A DNA stretch of 64,000 nucleotides from Octopus vulgaris (lineage: Eukaryota). The DNA lies in the NCBI GenBank assembly GCA_951406725.2, contig OX597814.1, positions 199,826,001-199,890,000 on the forward strand, in the 5' to 3' direction. The notes beneath the pieces are model-generated. The model was given only the letters and a program-made list of their open reading frames with translations. It made no database searches and had not been told where the DNA came from. The position numbers and the translations under genes were made by a program. Below are positions 11,494 to 23,587 of this stretch, in pieces. Positions within the stretch are counted from its first letter, which is position 1, and every line of letters begins with the position of its first letter.

Positions 11494-11802
11494 GAAGGCA
11501 CATGGCCTAGTGGTTAGAGCAGCGGACTCGCGGTCGAGGGATTGCGGGTTTGAATCTCAGACCGGACGATGTGTGTGTTTATGAGCGAAACACCTAAGCT
11601 CCACGTGGCTCCGGCAGAATGTAATGGCGAAACTTCTGCTGACGATTTCGCCACAACTTTCTCTCACTCTTTCTTCCTGCATCTTGCAGCTCACCTGTGA
11701 CGGACCAGTGTCCCGTCCAGGTGGGGAACCTATACGCCAAGAAACCAGGAAACCAGCCCTTATGAGCCAGGCATGGCTCGAGAAGGAACAAACAATAAAA
11801 AC
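11494..11802 (+). mobile_element. Family D tRNA-derived SINE, near full length
   Basis: A-box TGGCCTAGTGGTTAGAGC, B-box GGGTTTGAATCTC, CORE-like GTGTTTATGAGCGAAACAC, V-domain-like CCTGTGACGGACCAGTGTCCCGTCCAGG. Confidence 0.82.
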
Positions 11803-11823
11803 AGGAAAATGTTACCTGAAGAA

Positions 11824-12106
11824 TTTCGTTTTTGGATTTGGTTTGCAAGATTCTTTATATGAGTTCGTGTGTCGAAGCATATTCTGTTGTGTCTGGGGAG
11901 AGTCATTTTCTTTTTGTGCCTTATGATATAACACACTCACCGGTAAAATTTCCACTAATTTCTTATTTTTATTTTCCTTTTGAAAAGGTTGCAAGACGCA
12001 ATGAAAATTTTAGGAAAATAAAAATAAGAAAAAAGTGGAAATTTTACCGGTGAGTGTGTTACATTATAAGGTACAAAAAGAAAATGACTCTCTCCAGACA
12101 CAACAA
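11824..12106. mobile_element. Fold-back repeat element, copy 2, ~95-bp inverted arms (11885-11978 / 12012-12105)
   Basis: TTGTGTCTGG...CACACTCACCGGTAAAATTTCCAC mirrored by GTGGAAATTTTACCGGTGAGTGTG...CCAGACACAA. Confidence 0.75.
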
Positions 12107-12209
12107 GTTACCTGAAGTCTTTGAGGTGAAACTTGTATCCAAACGAATAAACAAAGGAGTGTCTACAAGGTTACTTGCCCCAATAGAAATTAAAGACAAA
12201 GGCCCCTAG

Positions 12210-12596
12210 GCGTGGCTGTGTGGTAAGAAGCTTGCTTCCCAACCACATGGTTTCAGGTTCATTTCCACCACATGGTGCCTTGGGGAGGTGTCTTCTACTA
12301 TAGCCTCAGGACGACCAAAGTGTTGTGAGTGGATTTGGTTGACAGAAACTGAAAGAAGCCTGTAATATGTATACACACACGTGTGTGTGAGTACTCTTTA
12401 TTCTTTACTCTTTTACTTGTTTCAGTCATTTGACTGTAGCCATGCTGTAGCACCGCCTTTAGTCGAGCAAATCAACCCCAGGACTTATTGTTTGTAAGCC
12501 TAGTACTTATTCTATCGGTCTCTTTTGCCGAACTGCTAAGTTATGGGGATGTAAACATACCACCATCGGTTGTTAAGCGATGTTGGGGGGGCAAAC

Positions 12597-12627
<31 letters not shown>

Positions 12628-12993
12628 GTTATATACAACGGGCTTCTTTCAGTTTCCATCTACCAAATCCATTCACAAGGCTTTGGTCTGCCCGAAGATG
12701 TAGTAGAAGACACTTGCCCAAGGTGCCATGCAGTGGAACTGGACCCGGAACCATGTAGTTGGTAAGCAAGCTACTTACTACACAGCCACAATTGTGTCTA
12801 TGTTTGCCCCCCACTACTGCTTGACAACCAATCTTGGTATGTTTACATCCCTGTAACTTAGTGGTTTGGCAAAAGAGACTGACAGAATAAGTACCAGACT
12901 TTAAAAATAGTGCCAAGGTGAATTACATTGGACTAAGAATTCTTCAAGGCAGTACTCCAGCATGGCCACAGTCTAATGACTGAAACAAGTAAA
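12210..12993. mobile_element. Family B SINE (+) with a second family B copy (-, 12393-12790) nested in its internal microsatellite
   Basis: Head at 12210-12362 and tail at 12795-12993 on +, complete reverse copy between them. Confidence 0.85.
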
Positions 12994-13114
12994 CAAATAT
13001 ATTTATAAAGGTATTGAATAATCAGGAGCATCCAATGCATGTGAACAGAAAGGAAATGGCTGGTTATAGCTGGAATGGTTTTTGTCATGAGTTCGCATGA
13101 TCAAGGCTGACTTT

Positions 13115-13582
13115 ATAATAATAATAATGAAATCATTGTATACAGTGCTCAGGTGCACCACAACTTGGCAAAAGTGCATATAAAGCATATGCAGTAATGT
13201 ACAAATGTCTGGGAAGTGAACAATGTATGAGTCAGATACATGCTTGCGTGTGTATGGAGGGGAGAAAGATCAGGTGTAGTGTTGGCGAATCTCAGGAAGC
13301 ATGCAAGTTTTGAAGGATGCAGTGCTCCGACAACTAACAACCGATGCCAGAAGTTTGTTCCATGCTTCAGCAACTCTTAGCGTGAAAAAATATTTCCAAA
13401 AGTCATGGGAGCTGGGCTGTTTTCTTACTTTGTAAACATGTCCACGGGTGTTAGACAGGTGGAGTTTGAAAAGGTGCTCAGAGTTATTGTTTGTAAGATG
13501 GTTAATAATTTTATGGGTGTCTGCCAAGTCAGCTGCCAGACGTCGGAGTTTCAATGTATCCATGCCCAGGAAAGTAAGGCGT
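13115..13582 (-). mobile_element. CR1-clade LINE 3' fragment
   Basis: ORF 13270-13563 (LKLRRLAADL...TRGHVYKV...FFTLRVAEAWNKL) is the CR1 ORF2 C-terminus; (ATT)n tail. Confidence 0.9.
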
Positions 13583-14221
13583 TATTGGCCATTAAGAGGA
13601 TAAAGTGTAATTTATATGACTGTCTCCTAGCTTAGAAGTGTAAAAGCTCAGAAGACCATGATTTGCTCCAACATAAAAATATAATGTCACTGCCAATACA
13701 CATTTCATTTATAGGTCTTACATGTCCAGAACAAATAACTAAACAGATGGTATAAATATTGATTTATGGAAAATCTGCTTGGTTTGTGTTTTAGTCAAAC
13801 ACATGATGAAATGACAAAAAAAAAGTACAAAAACAGTATATATAATATATATATAGATATATATATATATATATATAAACGGACGTCAAACGATGATGAT
13901 GATGATATATTGATATATATATACATATATATATATATATAAATGTTAATAGTCTCAAATTTGAAAAAAAAGTTGCTATTTAGCACCTCCTCCACACATC
14001 ACTACCTCTTATCAGTAAATTCTCTCTCTCTCTCTCTTTTTCTTTCTTTACTTCAATCATTCATCAAAGCATCTATATGCACACACTATATACGCTGCTT
14101 GCAAGATAACTTTATGGTGTGTGAGTGCAGGTGTGTGTGTGTGTTGTACCTATCCATCCAATACATGCTGGCATGGAAAAACAGATGTAAAATGAATGAA
14201 AAACAATATATAGATATATAT

Positions 14222-14265
<44 letters not shown>

Positions 14266-14269
14266 TTTT

Positions 14270-15000
14270 ATAATGATAATAATGAACTTTATTGTATACA
14301 GTACTTTCTTGTATACAGTACTCATCGGAAAAGGTTAAAAGAGGGGACAGAAAGGAGCCCTAAATCAAGCGAAGAAAATTAGCAATGAAAGCTTAAAGTA
14401 CATGCACATTGCACAAAATAAAACACAAAGAAAAGAAAAATAAACAATAAAAGTTATATAAAAAAGAAAAAGATGCCTAGGCATGTCAGGAATAACGCTG
14501 ATGAATTTCAGGAAACAGGAGGAAATTTTTGAAGGATGCAGTGTCCTAATACTAGCAATTTATTCCATGCTTTAGCAATTCTGAGTGTGAAAAAATGTTT
14601 CTGAAATTCATGGGTGCAGCTCAGGCCTCCGTGCCGGTGGCACGTAAAAAGCGCCATCCGATTGTGGCCGTTTGCCAGCCTCTCCTGGCACCTGTGCCGG
14701 AGGCAGGTAAAATGTACCCACTACACTCACGGAGTGGTTGGCGTTAGGAAGGGCATCCAGCTGTAGAAACACTGCCAGATCAGACTGGCTTCTGGCTTCC
14801 CAGGCCCCAGTTGAACCGTCCAACCCATGCTAGCATGGAAAGTGGACGCTAAACGATGATGAACGATGATAAGCATGTTCGTGAGTGGTAGAGGTACTGG
14901 ATTCAAAAAGGTGGTCAAACTTGTTCTTAGAAAGATGACAGATAAACTTGTGGGCTTCTATCAGGTCAACCACTAAATGCTGCATTAATGCCTTCAGAAG
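14270..15000 (-). mobile_element. Diverged CR1 3' fragment interrupted by a family C copy (+, 14625-14870)
   Basis: CR1-like TTCCATGCTTTAGCAATTCTGAGTGTGAAAAAATGTTTCTGAA resumes after the family C (GAT)n tail. Confidence 0.7.
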
Positions 15001-15065
15001 CAACACATTGAAAGTTATGGTACATGACGGTACCATAACAGTCAGGATCTAACTTGGGGTCTGCA

Positions 15066-15370
15066 AAGGCAGTGAGCTGGCAGAAACATTAGAACACTGG
15101 GCGAAATGCTTATCAGGATTTCATCTGTCTTTACATTCTGGCGAGCTGGCAGAAACGTTAGCACGCCGGGCAAAATGCGTAGCTGTATTTCGTCTGCCAT
15201 TACGTTCTGAGTTCAAATTCCGCCGAGGTCGACTTTGCCTTTCATCCTTTCGGGGGTCGATAAATTAAGTACCAGTTACGCACTGGGGGTCGACGTAATC
15301 AACTTGATCCCTTTGTCTGTCCTTGTTTATCCCCTCTGTGTTTAGCTCCTTGTGGGTAGTAAAGAAACAA
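15066..15370 (+). mobile_element. Family A SINE with duplicated head
   Basis: Two GAGCTGGCAGAAAC heads (~15075 and ~15142) then full body. Confidence 0.85.
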
Positions 15371-15829
15371 ATACAAGTCATTCAAATATCATTTTATTTT
15401 AAATATCTGTCTTTTTCCATGGCAGAATGGCTGATAAATTAATGAAGTTATGCAATATATTGTAACACGAAGTAGGTTACTATGTATTTGAGGTCATTTG
15501 GTGAATATCTATAAAGAAACAAAATTTTGTGTATACTAAACATTAAAGCATTTTATCTCAATCCAGTATGCAATAAATTTTTCAGCTAAATCTGTAATAT
15601 CTGTTCATTATCTTAGAGACCATCACCCAGTTGTTATTCATTAAAATATATTTTAAGTATCTAATTTATGAGAATTTAAATTGTTTTGTTTAGATATGAA
15701 GTTGAGGTCATGAAATTATTTCTGCTTTCCATTTCTCTTTGATGCACAAGTTACAATATTTTCATCTGCTGCAATTTGCTAGGAGCCACCATTATATAAT
15801 TCTGTTTAAATGCATATATATTATTGAAA

Positions 15830-16130
15830 CGGAGGCGCAATGGCCTAGTGGTTAGGGCAGCGGACTCGCGGTCGTAGGATCGCGGTTTCGATTCCCAGAC
15901 CGGGTGTTGTGAGTGTTTATTGAGCAAAAACACCTAAAGCTCCACGATCCCTGTGTGGCGATCCCTGCTGTACTCTTTCGCCACAACTTTCTCTCACTCT
16001 TTCTTCTGTTGGCCTGCTCGCTTAGCCAGCGGGGTGGCGTCATTTGAAGGCTAAAACAATGCGAAGCGCATTGTGACCAGCGATGTGTAACAACATCTGA
16101 TGGCCTGGTCGGTCATGGTGATCATGGTGA
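15830..16130 (+). mobile_element. Family D SINE variant with alternative 3' half
   Basis: GGAGGCGCAATGGCCTAGTGGTTAGGGC head, GGTTTCGATTCCC B-box; 3' part recurs on - strand at 20425-20532. Confidence 0.8.
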
Positions 16131-16348
16131 TATTATTGAAACAGAAGTATTAGCTATTTGCTGTCTGTATCACATTTCATTATGCATGACTATATCCAGA
16201 TGGTTGCAACATCTTCCCAATGCTAAAGAGCACCATTAAAAATCCATCAATTCAATAGAATTCTTCACAAAATATCCATCGGACAATTCTTTTACTTAGC
16301 ATAAATCTTAAAGTTATGGAACAGTATCCATCTTCAACTGTAAGCGTT

Positions 16349-16507
16349 GGAGTGGCTGTGTGGTTAGTAGCTTGCTTACCAACCACATGGTTCCGGGTTC
16401 AGTCCCACTGCTTGGCACCTTGGGAAAGTGTCTTCTACTATAGCCTCGGGCCGACCAAAGCCTTGTAAGTGGATTTGATAGATGGAAACTGAAAGAAACC
16501 CGTTGTG

Positions 16508-16542
<35 letters not shown>

Positions 16543-17317
16543 TGTGTACAGTGCTCAGGTGCACTACAACTCATCTAAAGTGTATATATAATCAGGTGTA
16601 GTTTCGGTGGATTTCGGAAAGCATGAGGGCCTTAAAAGATGCAGTGTCATGGCAGTCAACAACTGACGCAGGCAGTTTATTCCATGCTTCAGCAACTCTG
16701 AGCGTGAAAAAATGTTTCCGAAAGTCATGGGAGCTGTATTGTTTTCTGACTTTGTAGGCATGTCCACGTGTGTTAGACACATGGAGATCAAAAAGGTGTT
16801 CAGTGTTGTTGTTGGTGAGGTGGTTGATAACTTTGTGGGTGTTTACCAAGTCCGTCGCCAAACGCCGGAGCTTCAGTGAATCCATGCCCAGGGAAACAAG
16901 GCGCTCAGAATATGGTAGGTGTCTGATGGAGGGTATGCGTTTGGTTGCACGTCTCTGGACAGATTCCAGGAGGTCAATGTTCTGTGCAAGATAGGGGTTC
17001 CAAACTGATGATGCGAATTCCAAGTGTGGTCGTACCATAGCTGTATACAGTTTTAAATAGATGGCTGGAGAGTGGCTAACAAAAGACCTGCTGAGTGATG
17101 CCAAGACACCCTCGGCCTTCCTGACAATCTTAGAGATATGCTTTGACCAACGCAAATCACTGCTGACAGTGATGCCTAGGTCACGCTCACAAGAGGATTT
17201 CTTGATATCAGTGTTGTGGAGGGAGTATGTGGACGCAGGGTTTTTTCTCCCAAAATGCATGGTGGTACACTTGTCCACAGCCAGTTTCAGTTGCCAGTCT
17301 GTGATCCATTGCTGCAT

Positions 17318-17377
<60 letters not shown>

Positions 17378-17490
17378 TCTAATATAGGATAAAATCTTTC
17401 GAAAAAAATTCCATCAATGGCGAGCAAATTAAAAAATACCTTTAAAAGTTAAATTTATAAACAACTTATAAATTGCCTTTATTTATAAGT

Positions 17491-17526
<36 letters not shown>

Positions 17527-17730
17527 CACGTATGTATTTGTGTTTGTCCCCCCAGCATCACTTGACAACTGATGCTGGTGTGTTTACGTCCCCGTAACTT
17601 AGCGGTTCGGCAAAAGAGACCGATAGAATAAGTACTAGGCTTACAAAGAATAAGTCCTGGGGTCGATTTGCTCGACTAAAGGCAATGCTCCAGCATGGCC
17701 ATAGTCAAATGACCGAAACAAGTCAAAGAG
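16349..17730 (+). mobile_element. Family B SINE split by a CR1 insertion (head 16349-16510, tail 17530-17730)
   Basis: Head and tail colinear with intact copy at 26584-26970. Confidence 0.8.
16511..17318 (-). mobile_element. CR1-clade LINE, 5'-truncated, uninterrupted ORF2 C-terminus (~242 aa)
   Basis: ERDLGITV, LYTAMVRPHLEFASSVWNPY, LESVQRRATK, YSERL, TRGH, FFTLRVAEAWNKLP motifs; short 3' UTR with (ATT)n tail. Confidence 0.95.
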
Positions 17731-17829
17731 TACTATACTATTGTTGTTTCTAAATTCAGCACACAGCCAGCAATCTTTTAGCTCTTAGCTGTTCCAATGC
17801 TGTTGGTACAACAGGCCACAAGCCTTCTC

Positions 17830-18570
17830 TAAATATCCTGAGTGTTTGCTTTCCTTAAAGCTCCACTCAGGCCAACTCTCATCATTGTTATGTCGACCTA
17901 GAATCTACTGTGTCACATTATCTTTGGTCTTCTGCTCATGTCTTTTTCCTCCTTCTGGTGTCTGCTCCATTAAGATGGTAGTATATCTGTCCTGTGGTAA
18001 CCAAAGTGTATGGCCAGTAAATTATATAAGGCAGTGAGCTGGCAGAAACGTTAGCACGCCGGGTAAAATGCTTAGCAGTATTTCATCTACTGTTATGTTC
18101 TGAGTTCAAATCCCGCCGAAGTCGACTTTGCCTTTCATCCTTTTGGGGGTCAATAAATTAAGCACCAGTTACACACTGGAGTCGGTGTAATTGACTAAAT
18201 CCCTTTGCCTGTCCTTCTTTGTTCCCTCTATGTTTAGCTCCTTGTGGGTAGTAAAGAAATAGGTGTTTCGTCTGCTGTTATGTTCTGAGTTCAAATTCTG
18301 CCGAGGTCGACTTTGCCTTTCATCCCTTTGGGGGTCAATAAATTAAGTACCAGTTACACACTGGGGTTGATGTAATCGACTGAGTCCCTTTGTCTGTCCT
18401 TGTTTGTCCCCTCTATGTTTAGCTTCTTGTGGGCAATAAAGAAGAAAGTAAACTGTATCACTACTTGGTCACTACATCTTGCAAACTTGCCATACTCACT
18501 CTTGTTGTCATCTCTTCGTTTCTCCTGCTGTCCTTGTAAGATATGTCCAGGATTGAATGTAGGCAAAAAG
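17830..18570 (-). mobile_element. Decayed RTE-clade LINE 3' fragment interrupted by a family A dimer
   Basis: LHSILDISYKDSRRNEE (~18500-18565) and HTLWLPQDRY...PEGGKR (~17940-18015) resemble RTE ORF C-terminal motifs. Confidence 0.55.
18029..18445 (+). mobile_element. Family A SINE dimer
   Basis: Full copy followed by a second 5'-truncated copy from ~18260. Confidence 0.85.
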
Positions 18571-18851
18571 GTTTAGTCAATACCACCAATCTACGTACTA
18601 GACTGATGGTGTATTTCATTGAGCCTGGAGAGATGAAAGATAAAGATTTCAAACCAAGAATATAAAGAGCTGGAACAAATACCACAAGGCATTTTGTCCA
18701 ACACTCTAACAGTTCTGCTAGCTCACAACTCTTAGCTACTATATTATAAGAAAAGTAGTTAGATTGACTAAAGTATAGTATAATCACTATTTTATTCAGG
18801 AAACCACTAGCAAACTCATTATTATTATTATCATTATTATTATTATTATTA

Positions 18852-19070
18852 AGGTGGCTAGCTGGCAGAATTGTTAGCATGTTGGGAAAAATGCAGAGTG
18901 ATATTTCACCTGTTGCTAAATTCTGAGTTCAAATTCCACCAAAGTTGACTTTGTCTTTCATCCTTTTGAGGTCGATAAATTAAATACCAGTTACGCACTG
19001 GGGATGATGCAATTGACTAGTCCCCGTCTCCACTAATCTTAGGCCTTGTGCCTTTAGTAGAAAGGATTAT
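18852..19070 (+). mobile_element. Family A SINE (alternative GGCCTTGTGCC tail)
   Basis: Family A head and core inserted in (ATT)n. Confidence 0.8.
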
Positions 19071-19409
19071 TATTATTATTATTACTATTATTATTATTAT
19101 CATTATAGTAGATAGGGTGTTGCATTTACAATCTTGAGATTGTGGTTTCAATTCCTAGACCGAGTGGCGCATTGTGTTCTTGAGCAAGACACTTCATCTC
19201 TCATTGATCTGCAATGACCTTTGACTCCTGAATCATAGCACACTGAGCACCTGTTTAGGCAACGTCAGTTTGATGGAGTGGGTGAGCTAATTGTACAGCA
19301 CATACATTTGATCACTCTAAACAAATCATTTCTGCCGGTCATTCAGCAAAAATGCTGGACACTCATACATAGTTTTCAACTGGAAAATCCATCATCATCA
19401 TCGCTATTA

Positions 19410-19782
19410 TTATTACTTCCGCCTTAACGAAGGTGGAAGTATTGTTTTCAGTTATATTTGTTTGTTTGTTTGTTTGTCCGTGGACAAGATATCTCAAGAA
19501 CCACTCAATGGATTCAGATGACACTTTCAGGGATGTTTGGCCTCATGACTGGTACAAACTGATTAGATTTTGGAATCAATCTGGTGCCACACGAGGATTC
19601 TGGATTATTCTTCCGGTTATTTCTTAATTTTTGAGAGCGGTCAGGTTCATTTTTAGTATTCTTCTTTGTAAATGCAGTCTAGTTTATTTCAGACATTCTC
19701 ATTTTAAAAATCATCTCTAGCTAATCATTGAGAGGACGTTGGTGTTGTCTTGGCAGAGGTTTGTGCTCTCTGAGTACTCTTG

Positions 19783-19786
<4 letters not shown>
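19410..19786 (+). mobile_element. Helentron-associated non-autonomous element (HINE/DINE-like)
   Basis: 5' hairpin TACTTCCGCCTT-AACG-AAGGTGGAAGTA, (GTTT)n, 3' subterminal TTGGCAGAGGT plus GTGCTC-TCT-GAGTAC hairpin, inserted in TT-rich sequence. Confidence 0.7.
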
Positions 19787-19813
<27 letters not shown>

Positions 19814-20665
19814 CATTACTATTATTATTATCATCATCATTATTATTACTATTATTATTATTATTATTATTATTATTATGCATTGTCAGACAGATGCAAA
19901 TGCAATTACAAATTTCAATAAAGCTTCTTACAAAGATCTCTCATTGAGACAATGTTATTAATTTAAATGGTCTTGTACAGTTTAGATTATTCTGAGATAA
20001 TGATGGCATCGTTGGACCAAATCAAACTAAATGGCCTCTTGACTCTAATGATAAAAGTTGTCACTTGCAAATAACAGCTTCTCAAAGTTTCCACAATTCT
20101 TTAGTTCTACATTGTCATTATTTAGAATCCAAAAAATAGGATTGATGCCATGTTAGTCAGATACCAGATGAACCCTAAATAAATAGAACCAGAAGTTAGG
20201 TTAGTTTCAAGGTCATTTTATCAAGACAAACAGCATTTCATCTGTCTTTATGTTCTGAGTTCAAATTCCACCAGGATTGGCTTTACCTTTCATCCATTCG
20301 GGGTCGATAAAATAAGACCCCGCCACTGGGGTCGATATAAACATCTTACCTTCTACCCTAAGATTGATGGCCTTGTGCCAAGATTTGAAACCAATATAAA
20401 TACATAATACATATATATATATCAGCGTGACCGACCAGGCTATAAAACGTTGCTACACATCACTGGTCACCATGCTTTTCACATTGTTTTAGCCTTCAAA
20501 TGACACCACCCTGCTGGCTAAGCGAGCAGTCCAATATATATACTAACAGAGATACCCGGCTTTGCTCAGGATTAGAATGGCATAGATTTTTAGTTTTACT
20601 TGTTTCATTCATGTGACTGGAGCCATGCTGGAGCACCACCGTGGGTTGAAGAAATCAACCACAGT

Positions 20666-20715
<50 letters not shown>

Positions 20716-22096
20716 CTCAGTGTCTATTCAGGCTAACTCTTCATCCATTTTCATTCTTTTCTTACATAAACTGCGACCTTCTGAATCTTCTGACCTGCTC
20801 CTCAAATATTGATCAGCAGAAGTTTAGCAAATGTCACCAATTCAGAAGAGCATGGAAAGATTAAGGCACCATTCTTCTCCTCAGATGAGATGATAAAAGA
20901 AAAAATATAATTCTAAATTCATCCCAAATCTAGGATAATAATATCAAAAGCCTTGACTTAAAACTTATCTCATTTTGAGAGGATTTGCAAAAACAAAAGA
21001 TCTCTAAAATTCCAATTAAAATACTAAGTAGTGATTGAATTTTGTGAGTAAAATAATGCAATATGTGTTTTGTTTTAAAATATTTTTTTTCAAATTTATG
21101 CATTACAAAGTTATACAAACTATATATAATTAGATTTGATAAACTGCACACACACACACACACACATACACACATGCACACACAAATGCACATGTGTGTG
21201 GTGATCTGGAAACAAATATGAAAATATCCTATGGAGACACTGACAATACATAAATTATTATGCAAAAGAATAAATAACATTTAGAAAAAAAAATCAAGAT
21301 ATATATTTTTTGAAAAAAAAAAAAAGCTAATCTTGTCTGCAAATTGGAAGAATATAAATATTGAATGGAATTATAATGATGTCATTGGGATGCTATTCTA
21401 GAGAACATCACAATCATCAAGAGAAGAATATATCTCAATATTAATCTTGAGTAGCAATTAAGTGACAGCAACAAAATTTGCCTAATTGTCATCGACGAGC
21501 TGCAGAGGGAAAAGAAAAAAAAAACATATTTTGTTTATTTTACATATTATAAGCATTATTGTGGAGACAGGCTATTTGTAAGCATTTGTTTAGTATTATT
21601 TGCTACTGCTGTTACTAGTTTGTTCTCTCTATGCTTTCCATTCACTATCCGTTTATTCGTGTAGTAAAAACAGACTTTGATTCTAGAATATGTAAAGACT
21701 TGGTGAGTGAGAGTTTCCAGTGACATCAACCAATTGTCATTTGCAAACACAACAGGGGTTTGTGTATTGGAAACACTGTTTTTATTTGGGAACGCGATTC
21801 AAACCTGTTTTGGATGTTGCATTGTACTCTTCACCAAAGTACAATGACTTACTTTCTCTATTTGAGTTATAGTCCTACTCATGCATTGAAACTGTGTGGT
21901 TTCCATTTATAATTAATGTCTAATAATATAATATAACAGATAAAAAAAAATAACAGAAATTTTTTGTATGTTATATAGCTTGTTCTTGCTAAATTGCTCA
22001 CATGTGTAGCCGCTAATTTCAAATAAAGGGTTTCTCTCTCATCTGTTTGGTCAAAGCAATAATCATCTGTCCATTAAAGATATTTGTACAGGTCTA

Positions 22097-22530
22097 CAGG
22101 GTGTCCCGAAACTAAGGCAACCAACTTTTTACAATTTTGCCAAAGCAAAATATTGTTATATTTTAGATCTGGGCATTGCAGTGTAATTGTAAAGGAAACA
22201 CAATTATGACACTACCACATTTATTCAATATGACCACCTCTGTTTTGAATCATAGCCTTAAGTCTCTGTGCAAATGCTTCACATGTGGCACACAGCTGTT
22301 CTTGCAGAATCAAAGCCCATTTTGGTGTAGTTTTGTCTTCAGAGTGTCAAATGAAGCACGAGGAGTACTCAAGACCCTCGTCTCCAAAATGGACCAAACA
22401 GAAAAATCTACTGAGTTGAGTTTGGGGCTTCTCAAGGGCTTTACATCCTTGCCTGTGAACGAAGGAATGTGCTTCTGAATCCAGCGTTGTGCCTGCTTGG
22501 GGCTGTGGGATGGTGCCAAGTACACTTTGC
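22097..22530 (-). mobile_element. Tc1/mariner (DD37D/maT-like) transposon 3' remnant
   Basis: APSH...Q.W...IPSF...SPKLNSVDFSVWSILE (cf. SPDLNPxD) and AFAQRLKAMIQNRGGHIE*; terminus TA|CAGGGTGTCCC at 22095-22107. Confidence 0.85.
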
Positions 22531-22554
22531 TCCAAGGTACACTTTAAAAGTGCT

Positions 22555-22714
22555 CATAAGTTTTGAATTAAAATCTTCCACCAAACCTTATTCACAATTT
22601 ATGTTCTTAACACTAGCTTAATGATAACTAACTTATTTTAGTAAATTCTTTGTTATATTTAAAGTAATTGAAAGAAACCCAGAGCATCTCAAAATAAACA
22701 CAGTAACAAAAGGG
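22555..22714. mobile_element. piggyBac-type MITE, right half
   Basis: Homologous to 2330-2489; ends GTAACAAAAGGG|TTAA. Confidence 0.75.
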
Positions 22715-23340
22715 TTAAAGTACTGATGAGCTGCTTCCTGCTGTAACAAACTATGAGCCTTGGCTCCTTCAGTCTTAGAGATTCTATGCAAAGATGGTCA
22801 GTGCAGTTGTTCCTTCACTGACTCATCAGATGAAGATAGTCTTTCTGTACTGTTGTTCAAGCCAACAGAAAATTCCCAACATGAACTACACTCTGCTTTT
22901 TACAGAATCAGTAGAGAACGTATTTTCTAGCAATGAAGATGTGTAGTCTTTGAGATGCTATAACTGTGTGGTGCTCATACACCAGCAATTGGAATGTTTT
23001 GCAAAGTTTGGGGAGTTTTAGCAGATTCTTATTTATTGCAAACGTTTATAGAATAAAACAGCATAAACAAATATACACATATGCACTAACATAGTCAGAA
23101 GTCAGTGTGGTGTACATGAAAAGCAGAATAAAACAGGGACAGTCGACGCTGGAATCTGAGAGTTCATTGTGAGTTATTTGTTGGACAATATTTTCACATC
23201 TCATCAATTACAATTTAAAAAGAAAACTGTCCAAAATGTGTGGAAATTCTAAACTGCAAATATTTTAAGGCAAATTAACTACACTAACACATAAAACTTC
23301 TGTGTGAGGAGCTTCACTACCAAAATAACAACCATTAACC

Positions 23341-23530
23341 AGGAGTGGCTGAGTGGTAAGTAGCTCGCTTACCAACCACATTGTTCTGTGTTCAGTCCCA
23401 CTGCAAGGCACCTTGGGCAAGTGTCTTCTACTATAGCCTCGGGCCGAGTGGATTTGGTAGATAGAAACTGAAAGAAGCCTGTCGTATATATGTGTATATA
23501 AATATATAACATTTAAATAATGAGGGATAT

Positions 23531-23587
<57 letters not shown>

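Noticed and set aside
20543-20580. Helitron-like 5' terminus ACTAACAGAGATACCCGGCTTTGCTCAGGA
   Set aside because: Only ~35 bp, with no matching 3' hairpin or end found.
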